From Octopus sinensis (Eukaryota): a stretch of DNA of 41,404 nucleotides. Positions within the stretch are counted from its first letter, which is position 1. Each line of letters starts with the position of its first letter. A program made the position numbers and the translations under genes. Under the pieces are notes generated by a model. That model was not told where the DNA came from. It made no database searches and worked only from the letters and a program-made list of their open reading frames with translations. Shown here piece after piece: positions 23,901-34,587 of the stretch. The stretch spans positions 1-41,404 of the forward strand of contig NW_021824707.1 in the NCBI RefSeq assembly GCF_006345805.1, written 5' to 3'.

Positions 23901-24399
23901 TATATCGCTGGATTGTGAACATCACCATATTTCCAAAACACCACCAAAAACATCACTACCATCACCATCACCCTCACCATCAAAAAATAACATTTTTAAC
24001 TGCTCCAGTAACGGCAGCTACAACAGCAACAACATGTAATATCTTGTACAAAAATAGATTTCTTTTACGAACGTTGATAATATTATTCCAATGAAACCCG
24101 ATACACGAGATTAAAACAGAAAATTTCCATTATATATTTTGCGTTGATATCATGTTTATCCATCATCAAACTGCTTACAATTGTCAACCAATATACAATA
24201 CATTCATGCATATAGATATACACACACATGTACATACACAAATAAAACGATTATTTGTCATTCCGTAGTAAGACAAGCAGATGATAGGTTGACGTGATCA
24301 AGAAGAGACGTCAATAAGGAGGGAAGTGGCTATTAAAAGACACAATGGAGCCAATAAGAAAATATGAGAATGAAATCAGAGCAAATTGAAGTTGTTCTC

Positions 24400-24446
<47 letters not shown>

Positions 24447-24468
24447 CGCGCTCTTTCATTTTATCTAT

Positions 24469-24531
<63 letters not shown>

Positions 24532-24557
24532 ACTCTCTCTCTCTCTCTCTCTCTCGC

Positions 24558-24627
<70 letters not shown>

Positions 24628-24789
24628 ACACAGTATCACACAGATTCACATACTGTGAGTGATACTGTAGGATACACATACACGCACACATATATATCAA
24701 CATACATGTATATTATATATTTATATATCATTATATATATTATTTTACATTCTGTATTTATTTGCATAACTTGAATGTGTATATGTATG

Positions 24790-24839
<50 letters not shown>

Positions 24840-24900
24840 ACACATATATACATATATATATAATATATATATATATATATTATATATAATATATATACAC

Positions 24901-24950
<50 letters not shown>
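24400..24950. repeat. Compound microsatellite (TTTC)n(TATC)n(CT)n(TA)n
   Basis: Directly visible. Confidence 0.95.
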
Positions 24951-24951
<1 letters not shown>

Positions 24952-25039
24952 GTTGTCACCAATTGTGACTGACAGTGCAGGGTAGCCGCCTCCTGTATAA
25001 TATGTGTGTGTGTGTGTATGTATGGCTATGCCGTGGTTG

Positions 25040-26080
25040 ATCATGTGCAGACATGCACTGAAGTTGCGGTATCTCCAACGTTTCCTTGACATCGGGCAGG
25101 TTTAGGCGCCATTTGTCAGGCTCACTTTTTCTCAGATCGTCTCTTTGACCGAACTCCAGTCCTGTATCAAAAGTAGATGGAGACTGAACACCTAGTCCCT
25201 AGACTGTTGTCAGGTACTCACTGCCTTCACCCAGTCAGGCAATGCGGTCGGTGTTAGTTCCACTTCGGCATTCTATTGAGGGTTTATGAAAGGCAAGAGT
25301 TTTCGGTAATAGTCTGGTCGTCATTTATATTTCACTGGATGGCCTGTTCGACAGGACTTTCAGGCTTGGACCCTTGTGTAACTTTCAGAAATCTCTGGCC
25401 TGGCAGGGCAACCGTGGAATATTGTTGGTTTAACATAAACCCAACAAGCATGGGAGTGCTATCAGCTGAGTCTATCCGAAATAATCGTGAGTGGCGAAAT
25501 TGTCCTGCCACTCAATGTCCAGTGTCTGAACATTGCTGATTCATAGAGTTATGTCGAGGAGCCGTTGTTGCATGTTGGGTGGATTTGGCTATCGGCTGAT
25601 TTCATTGCTGCCTTTGTTTATATGTCTGGCTGTCTTAGTGTGTGTCTATCTGTGTTTATCCGTCTGGTGGTCTTAGCAAAAGAGGCTGTAAGGTTGGACC
25701 TGAGTAAAGTGGCTGAAGGCAGACACTTTCGTCTTTGACCAAGACCCCAGCAATACTTTCTTCTAAAAAGGAAAAGTGAGGGTAGAGAAGGAAGTGTCGC
25801 TTTCCAGTAATTTCTTTCTTGCTATTTTTTTTTTTTTTGGAAGGTAGATGAGAATGGCAAGTATGGCTCAAGTGAATGGACCATACTCTCGGAGGATGGG
25901 AAGGGGTAACATGTCTAGGTGACCGTAGTTTTGTGAAGTTTCCATTAGTGATCTTCGGAATTTCGCCACTTTTGAAGAATTATTTCTTGTTTGGATTCTT
26001 TGGTTCTCTCTTTTTGTTATTTTACTCTTTACTCGGTTTCCTGTGACCTGACATTGTATAGCGTCGTCTTGTACCGTCCC
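25040..26080 (-). mobile_element. Possible second decayed Penelope-like element, 3' region
   Basis: Minus strand AGVLVKDESVCLQPLYSGPTLQPLLLR resembles GVVY..C..YxGxTxRxLxxR. Later SAMFRH, DIEW, EQAIQ and TLNR..VEL...PDW loosely follow the order of a PLE C-terminus. Confidence 0.4.
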
Positions 26081-26084
26081 CACT

Positions 26085-26415
26085 TGAGCGCTAGGGGTCG
26101 ACGCAACAACTCAACCCATCACCTAAAATTGCAAGCTTATACCAAACATTGAAGCAGTTTATTATTGTTGCTGCTGTTGTTGTTGTTGTTTAAGGCGGCG
26201 GGCTGACAGAAACGTTAGCACGCTAGGCAAAATGCGTAGCGGCATTTCGTCCGTCTTTACTTTCTGAATTCAAATTCTGCTGAGGTCGACTTTGCTTTTC
26301 ATCCTTTCGGAGTCGAGGAAATAAATACCAGATGAGCACTGGGGGGGGGTCGACAGAGTCGACTTAACCCTCTTCCGAAATTACTGGCCTTGTGCCAAAA
26401 AACAATTATTATTAA

Positions 26416-26506
<91 letters not shown>

Positions 26507-26950
26507 ATTGTTGTTGTTGCTGTTGTTGTTGTTTTAAGGCGGCGAACTGGCAGAATCGTTAGCACGCCGGACTAAAATACTTAACGGCATTTCGCCATTT
26601 TAAGCATTTACGTTCTGATTTCAAATATCGCTGAGGTTGACTTTGCCTTTCATCCTTTCAGGGTCGATAAATTAAGTAGCAGTCAGGTACTGGGGTCGAT
26701 GTGATCGAATAACCCTCTCCCCACAATTTCCAATACTTGCACCTATGGAAGAAATGATTATTTTATTGGTGTTGCTGCTGTTGTTGTTGTTGTTGTTGTT
26801 GTTAAACACTGATAGAGCAAAACTGAAAATTTCTTGCCGTCATTTTTCCCGCTCTTTACATTCTCAGTCCAAGTCCCTCTGACTTCAACTTCGTCTTTCA
26901 TCCTAAGCATTTTGCCCGGCGTGCTAACGTTTCTGCCAGCTCGCCGCCTT
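26085..26950 (+). mobile_element. Cluster of family A SINEs separated by (ATT)n/(GTT)n
   Basis: 3' fragment at 26085-26160, full copies at 26194-26405 and 26538-26760, degenerate copy at about 26805-26903, and an inverted head at 26903-26950. Confidence 0.85.
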
Positions 26951-27296
26951 TGTGGGACTAAATATTGCGCAGAGGACGTCTGAATAGAAACAGTACCTAG
27001 ATAAGGATTGGACAGAGAGAGTCTGTACAGTTTGACGTATCGATAAGCATTATCGATACAGTGTAAATCTATCCAGTCCATATCTACCCACGGTGTCCAT
27101 CCAGCGTCGATATTGAGTGTACATGTCGACAGAATAGATTCAAGGTGTAGATAGTGACTATAAAGTTTTACATTGTATTCATGTTGGTTATTATATGCAG
27201 TGGGTAGATGCAGACTTGTAAATGTTGAGTGGATAGTGACTGAAGAGATAATAACAGGGATTATTGGATTGAGCTAATCTATAAAGTGTTGTGGAT

Positions 27297-27465
27297 CAGT
27301 GGTTCCCAAAGTGGGCAGTACTGCCCCTCTGCGGGCGGCCGAAAGATCAATTCCTGCCAAGGTCAACTATCTGTTTCGTCCCTTCGGGGTTGATAAAATT
27401 AAATACCAGTCAAATACTGTGGGTCGATCTAATCGACTTGTTCCCTCCCCTCAAAAATTACCGAC
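27297..27465 (+). mobile_element. hAT-like terminal fragment fused to a family A SINE 3' part
   Basis: CAGTGGTTCCCAAAGTGGG... followed by AATTCCTGCCAAGGTCAAC...CTTCGGGGTTGATAAAATTAAATACCAG. Confidence 0.55.
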
Positions 27466-27732
27466 TGTGAACCATGAAACAGACCGGTGTTGCGTTCAAG
27501 GGGAATGTTGTGATCTCGGTCACTTATATCCCAGGGAAACCGGATAACCAGTCTTATGAACCCTTGGGTTCGAGAAAAAGGGGGAAGGAGAGACATGTAA
27601 ATAACAAATTAATGAAGAACAATTATACTTCTCAAGATGCTTAAGAATTGGCAGGGCTTTCCTAAAACCTTCTCTCTTGAAATATCCACATCGCACTTTG
27701 AAGCCCACCTCAGCGTACTTTTGTCTCTTAGG

Positions 27733-27861
27733 CGGATATTTGTCCTTATCTTACTTGTTGTTAACACAACGTTTCGGCTGATATACCCTCCAGCCTTCTT
27801 CAGGTGTCTTAGGGGAAATTTCGAACCAGGGTTCTCATTCCTAAGGTATTTTTCGATGTTA

Positions 27862-27894
<33 letters not shown>

Positions 27895-28062
27895 TATTAT
27901 TACTATTATTATTGTTGTTGTTGTTGTTGTTGTTGTTGTTAGTGTTCAGGTCACTGCTTGGAATCGAACTCTGAATCTTAACCACTACGCCATATGCCTG
28001 TGGGCATATATAAATAATGTAAATAATGTAAATAATGTACATAATTCCTCATCTCTTAAATA
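27733..28062 (-). mobile_element. Hammerhead-bearing short element, copy 2, with tRNA-like head and inverted tail remnant
   Basis: Minus strand A-box TGGCGTAGTGG (27982-27992), B-box GAGTTCGATTCC (27960-27971), (AAC)n(AAT)n, then the body shared with copy 1. Plus-strand tail at 28011-28059. Confidence 0.8.
27763..27808 (-). ncRNA. Minimal type-I hammerhead ribozyme
   Basis: Minus strand GACAC-CTGAAGA-A-GGCTGG(agggtata)TCAGCC-GAAA-CGT-T-GTGTT. Differs from copy 1 at the variable N7 position and by an A-U to G-U change in stem II. Confidence 0.75.
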
Positions 28063-28309
28063 CTGAATCTCTGAAGTGCTGCTGAACAGGTGTATAATTA
28101 GTCTTCACGTGTCGTTACAATAAAACTACAGTGTATAGATATTATAGAATGCAAAGATAGCAAATGAACGAGATATAAACTTTATAGCTGATACATACAT
28201 CGTTTATATGTGTGTCGATTGTAAACAAAATAACATTAGCTGTCTAAGCTGCTGGTGAATAGATTCTGACTCTCTATATATAAAGATGTGTATACATATC
28301 TGTCTGCCT

Positions 28310-28775
<466 letters not shown>

Positions 28776-28777
28776 AC

Positions 28778-29030
28778 TCCTTTACGATCCCTTTGATCGA
28801 ACCTCCCCTTCCTTTTTTTTTTTTTTTTTTTAATACCTTCAAAAGAAAAGCTCTACCTTGTAATTTGTTCTATCTGTGTGCAGCCCTGTGTGGCAATAAA
28901 GAAAAACTATCATCATCTATCTATCTTATCATTTCCCTGTTTCCCTTTTTTTTCTTCTTTCCCTTTTACGATCCTTTGATCGAAAACCTAACCCGCCATT
29001 TTCTCTCTCCCAAAATGAAAAGCTCTATTT
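28778..29030 (+). mobile_element. Two short related fragments, probable retroelement 3' ends, in (TATC)n
   Basis: TTTACGATCC(C)TTTGATCGAA...AAAAGCTCTA occurs twice. The first ends TCTGTGTGCAGCCCTGTGTGGCAATAAAGAAA. Confidence 0.5.
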
Positions 29031-29089
29031 CAAGGCAATGCTCCAGCATGGCCACAGTCCAATGATGAAAAACGAATACAATACAATAC

Positions 29090-29271
29090 ATACATACATA
29101 CATACATAATATTTATTTAATAATATATATATTATATATATATTATATCATATATATATATATTATATAAATATATATATATATTATATATATATATACA
29201 TGTGTATGTGTGTATGTATGAGTGTATATGTATGTATATATATATGTATATATGTGTGTATATTATATGTT

Positions 29272-29353
<82 letters not shown>

Positions 29354-29763
29354 TATAATATAATATATATATATATATGCAAAAGCAATAAAAGATTCAG
29401 TTAATTTAAATGAATTTACTTGAATATGGTACCTAACTTAGATGCACCAAAACAAACTATACGGTTTTAACAATACAGTAATGTGGGGTGATTATAAGCG
29501 AGAAAGAAGAAGCAACAAGAATGTAGGTTTTTAGTACAATCGTTTCATACAAGGACAGGCTTATTAAAGTTGCAAAAATTGCAGCATATAAACGTGTCCC
29601 GTACTCATCAGCTAAAATACATGTGAGTTCGCTAGACATCATACTGGTTGAGGCTATACTCATGAAGTAATGTAGATAATTAAGTAACATAAACAGATTT
29701 CCAAAGTTCATTAAAGTTCTTTAAAGATGATGTAGTCTTATCACAGAATTTTAAAAAATATAT

Positions 29764-29815
<52 letters not shown>

Positions 29816-29855
29816 TAATATATATATATATATAGATGTAGTATATATATATAAA

Positions 29856-29896
<41 letters not shown>

Positions 29897-29913
29897 GATA
29901 TATATATATATAT

Positions 29914-29957
<44 letters not shown>

Positions 29958-29960
29958 TCA
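29090..29960. repeat. Two degenerate (TA)n arrays (about 29100-29380 and 29760-29960)
   Basis: Directly visible. Confidence 0.9.
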
Positions 29961-30590
29961 CAGTGCTTAAGTCTCTACTACCTACACATAACCTGCGTAC
30001 ACACACAAACACTTGCACGCACACACATACACGCACACGCATACACACACACATGAATATATACGTGTGTGGGTGCACACACACACACACACCCACACAC
30101 GTATGACCGTGTCTATGTGCTGCGTTCCCAGGCGCAGCGGAACGAACGCAAGAAGTGTGAACTCTAAAGAACTGATCATTACGACTGCAGTCTTTTTTCT
30201 CGTCTCTGTCTGCCAGACTCTCGTTGCCATAGAAGCAGACTGAAGTAATATATTTATCAGCATTTTATTAACTGCTGTACCATATCCATCCAAAAACAGC
30301 CATAAACGTACCTTTACCGGCAGACCGTCTCCGTGGTTCGTAGGAAAGACCTCGGTCTAGTATCGTTGTTGCTCGACCTGTTAGAAATAGTAGTCAGATT
30401 CTCCTCAACTTACATTATACTGTCTTAGAAAAAGGATCGACATATTATATTATGAAGCCCTAGATATATTATGTTCGAGGGAAAGCGATGAGATCATCCG
30501 GGGTGAAATAGTTTTGATTGAAGGTATATTTTGATAAGGGGGACCCAGGCGGGGAACAACAAAAACAGTTTACTAAATATTTTTACGTTG

Positions 30591-30663
30591 GGGGAATTGG
30601 CTGAAGCGGTAGAAAATTCGCTTTGCATGCGAGAGATACTGAGATCGGTACCCAGCTGCACTC
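30591..30663 (+). pseudogene. tRNA-Ala(TGC) pseudogene
   Basis: GGGGAATTGGCTGAAGCGGTAGA...TCGC-TTTGCAT-GCGA-GAGATA-CTGAG-ATCGGTA-CCCAG. TGC anticodon falls at positions 34-36 with an intact anticodon stem and an Ala-type GATCG T-loop. D-stem and acceptor stem are broken. Confidence 0.75.
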
Positions 30664-30683
30664 GTTAATATATGATTACATGT

Positions 30684-31082
30684 GCAGACATGGCTGTGTG
30701 GTTAGAAGCTCGCTTTGAAACCCAGAGGTTTCTGGTTCAGTTCAACTGCACGGCACCTAGGGTAAGTGTTTTCTACTATTGTCCTGGGTCAACTAATGAC
30801 TGTATGTGGTAGACGGAAACTGTGGAAGCCTGTAATATATACATATATATACACACACATATATATTTATGTGTGTGTGTGCGTGTGTGAATATGTACAG
30901 AAAATGTGTATGTGGGTGTCTTTGTGTTTGACCACTGTCTCTACTTGACGACGGTGTTGCTTTGTTTCTGCTACGTCACCTAGCGGTTCGACAGATGAGA
31001 CCGACAGAATTAGTACCCAACATTAAAAAAAGTACTGGAGCCAATTTACTTAATGAGTGAAACAAGTGAAAGATTAAAGGTA
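30684..31082 (+). mobile_element. SINE family B, degenerate full length
   Basis: TGGCTGTGTGGTTAGAAGC...GGTTCAGTTC...GGTAGACGGAAACTG...TAGCGGTTCG...TGAAACAAGTGAAAG. Confidence 0.85.
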
Positions 31083-31564
31083 AAAAAATACATGATAATT
31101 TGCTAGAAACAGCAGCCAAATTTCCCTCAAATCAAACTCAACCATCTCTAAAACGTAGGAAGATACATAAATTAATGTAGTCCTCGATATACATGCTCCG
31201 GACACATGATGGGATAGTCTAGGCTTGAATTACTCGATCGGGTTGGCCAGGTGTTAAACTACAACAAAAACGACACGCGGCGTACCTGGTCAACTAGATA
31301 CAGCCATCTATAAAAGTGAGCGGTACAAAGTATAGCGTAGTCCTAGATACACTAGGTCTGAACGAACATTAAATTGGAAGGTTTTCACTTGATTACACAT
31401 CAGTTCAGTCGAGCTTGTCGTGCCATTTCCTTAATTACAAGTGGACTTGTTTTAAGCTAAACGTAGATGGATTATAACAACAATAATTATATACTTCCGG
31501 TTCATTAAAATGGCGCGTAAATACCTCAGATGATATACAAAATATTGATTGACATATTTAAGAA

Positions 31565-31920
31565 ATCATGTGGTTTCGGGTTCAGTCCTCCAGCCCAGCA
31601 TCCTGAGCAGGTGACTTTTACTAAAACCCCTGGGCAGACCGGTGTCTTATAAATGGGTGAATTCTGTAGACGGAAACTGACTTGAAGCCCATCACGTCTT
31701 TTATTATTTTACTTGTTTCAGTCATTTGACTGCGACCATACTGGAACACCGCCTTTTAGTCGAACAAATCAACCCTTGGACTTCTTTTTTGCAAGCCTAG
31801 TACTTATTCTATAGATTTCTTTTTGCCGAACTGCTACGTTACGGGGACATAAATACACCAACATCGGTTGTCAAGCGATGGGGGGGAGAGAACAAACACA
31901 CAAATACATACACACATATG

Positions 31921-32012
<92 letters not shown>

Positions 32013-32460
32013 ACTGTATATATATATATATACAGTTTCCGTCTACTAAATCCACTCATAAGGCTTTGGTCGGTCCGAGGCTATAGTATGAGACATTTGC
32101 CCGAGGTGTCACACAGTGGAACTGAACCCGGAACTATAGGGTTGGGAAACAAGCTTCTTACCACACAGTCACAGCCATGCCTTCGCCCATATATATTAGT
32201 GTGTGTACGTGTGCGTGTGAGTGTATGTGCATCTATGCTTTTTTTTTGCACTGCTTGAGACCCGCTGGTGGTTTGTTTACGTCCCCATAACTTAGCGGTT
32301 CGTTGAAAAGGACCGCGAGAATAAGTACCAGACTTTAAAACACACACACACACACACACACACACAAATAATTACTAAGTACAGAGGTCGGTTTGTTGTT
32401 CGACTAAACTTCTCAAGGTGGTGCCCCAGCATGGCCGCAGCACAATGCCTGAAACAAGTC
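31565..32460 (+). mobile_element. Old plus-strand family B SINE split by an antisense family B copy
   Basis: 5' part at 31565-31697 ends GTAGACGGAAACTGACTTGAAGCCCATCACG; 3' part at about 32190-32460. Confidence 0.75.
31697..32187 (-). mobile_element. Full-length SINE, family B
   Basis: Similar to 2740-3292 and 10557-10971. Confidence 0.9.
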
Positions 32461-32859
32461 TCTCTAATCACCGATGCTTGTCATCGTCTATACCAATTCA
32501 TTGAAAAACATCAATAATGTCGCCGCTGACACAAACAAGCGAAGGACGTCGGAAGATTTTTTTCCTTCTCTTTATTCCTCTTTCCGTCTTTCGTTCATTT
32601 CATCAGCTTCTTTCTTTCTTGAATTCTTTGTTGATTCGTTGTTTGTTTTTCTTCTTTTGTTTCTGCTGTGTTTCTTTTCTTTTCTTTTTGCTTTCTATCG
32701 TTTTATACCTGTTTCTTACTTTTATTCTCTCTCCTCTCTTCCATATCTATCTATCTATTTGTATACCTGTCTATCTATCTATTTATCTGTGTGTGCGCGC
32801 GCGCGTGTGTGTGTGTGCGTGTGCGCGCGTGTGTATGTGTGTAGGTGTGGTTTTAGGGG

Positions 32860-32980
32860 CGTGGCAAAAATGAATAACCCTGCAACGAACCGGCCTCCCG
32901 TCCAGAGGAGGTCGGGGAACTTATACACCATTGAAACCGGGAAACCGACCCGATGAGCATATGTGACTCGGGAAGGATGT
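32860..32980 (+). mobile_element. SINE family D, 3' fragment
   Basis: TGGCAAAAATGAATAACCCTGCAACGAACCGGCCTCCCGTCCAG...GAAACCGGGAAACCG matches 23808-23890. Confidence 0.6.
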
Positions 32981-33033
32981 TTATATATATATATACTGTA
33001 TATATATATATAATTTATTTTATAGAAGGAGCT

Positions 33034-33100
33034 TCTACAGGACTAGAACTGTTTCATTCAAAAGAATTTCTTTTGAATGAAACAGTTCTAGTCCTGTAGA
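33034..33100. repeat. Perfect palindrome with 33-bp arms and a 1-nt spacer
   Basis: TCTACAGGACTAGAACTGTTTCATTCAAAAGAA-T-TTCTTTTGAATGAAACAGTTCTAGTCCTGTAGA. Confidence 0.97.
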
Positions 33101-33572
33101 TAGATAGGTAGATAGATAGATAGATATGCACATACCTACCCCTGTATCTACCCATTTACCGATCAACCTGCTTTTCTGCTTTTACTCTTTCTCCTCCTTC
33201 AGCTTTTTTTCCCTTTTTCCTTCTCACTTATTCTCTTTCTCCCTCTCCCTCTCTCTCTCCCCCCCTCTCTCTCTCCCTCCAGCCCTCTATTTTCCCTTGC
33301 ATCCGTCCTATTTCTGCTTCTCTTATCACAAACATCTGCGGATCGATACACTACACGCACCGTATCCTGCGGCCAATCACCTCGCCGTGATGCAACGTGG
33401 TGCAGTGTCTGTCGGCCGCTCTAAGTGCACACGCCACACTTTTAGGCTGGCTGCAGTTCGCGAATCGCTCTTTGTGCCTGCTTGAATAGTTGCATAACTT
33501 TATTAGAGATGCTCTGAAACTGCACACTCTGGCACTACACAAAGAGAGAGAGAGAGAGAGGAGGAGATGAGA

Positions 33573-33613
<41 letters not shown>

Positions 33614-33820
33614 GAGAGAGGAGGGGGAGGAGGAGGAAGAAAAATTGGGAGAGGGAGAGAGTGATGGAAAGAGGGATGGAGAGAAAAAGAGAGGGAGGGA
33701 GAAAGCAATCTATGTAAGCAGACGTATCTATCAATAAAGCTCTTCTTCTACTACTACTACTACTACTACTACTACTGCTATATTAAATGTAGTGGTGCTG
33801 AAAATAGCAATAACAATATA

Positions 33821-33984
33821 GGTTTCAAATTTTGGCACAAGGCCGGTAATTTCGGGAGAGGAAGTAAGTCGACTAAATCGACACCACTACGCAACTGGTA
33901 CTTTTTTTATGGACCCCAGTGCTTAACTGGTACTTTTTTTATCGACCCCGAAATGAAGAAAGTCAAAGTCGACCTCGGCAGATT
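33821..33984 (-). mobile_element. SINE family A, 3' part, with internal duplication
   Basis: CAAAGTCGACCTCGGC, TGGCACAAGGCC, and a duplicated AACTGGTACTTTTTTTAT.GACCCC. Confidence 0.75.
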
Positions 33985-34029
33985 GATAACAATAGCAATA
34001 ACAACGATATTAATAATATTAATACTTGT

Positions 34030-34067
34030 TATTGTTACATATTATTTATTGTTATTATCATTATATT

Positions 34068-34107
<40 letters not shown>

Positions 34108-34587
34108 TATCATATTATTATTAATTATTATATTATATTATTATTTTAATTATTCATTATTATTATTATTATTGTATTATTATTATTATTATTATTATCA
34201 TTATTATTATTATTATTTATTATTATTATATTATTCATTATTATTATTATTATATTATTATTATTATTATTATCATTATTATTATTCATATACACTCAAC
34301 AGATTAGAATGTTGGAAAAGTAAAGGATCCTAACATCGGGCTACAACAAGTAACCTTAGATACCAAGAACCCGTCTAAGTATCCTAACTCTCCCTAATAA
34401 CACTGGTTCCTACAGCTGTACTAAATTGGATTTTATGCCCTCTATCCATCTGTTCAGATCTTTAGGGTTAGTTCCCAGTGCGCCTATAACTACTGGGATA
34501 CATTTATTATTATCATTATATTATCATTATTATTATTATTATTATTATTATATTATTATATTATTATTATTATTATTTATTATTATT
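34030..34587. repeat. (ATT)n array hosting R4/Dong-like insertions
   Basis: Directly visible; the array resumes at 36162-36289. Confidence 0.95.
34287..34505 (-). mobile_element. Short 3' fragment of an R4/Dong-like LINE (second family)
   Basis: Minus strand KCIPVVIGALGTNPKDLNRWIEGIK...VLLGRVRILRRVLGI*, then a short UTR running into (TAA)n. Confidence 0.8.

Larger units (their letters stand above)
30365..31270 (+). repeat. Old dispersed repeat, two copies (about 30365-30567 and 31098-31270)
   Basis: TG(T/C)TAGAAA(T/C)AG(T/C)AG(T/C)CA.ATT..CCTCAA...CCAGG...ACAACAAAAAC shared between the copies; family not identified. Confidence 0.5.

Noticed and set aside
27037-27059. Short palindrome GTATCGATAA-GCA-TTATCGATAC, and a similar hairpin near 8336-8363
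   Set aside because: Arms of 10-12 bp with no associated TSD or element ends; too short to interpret.
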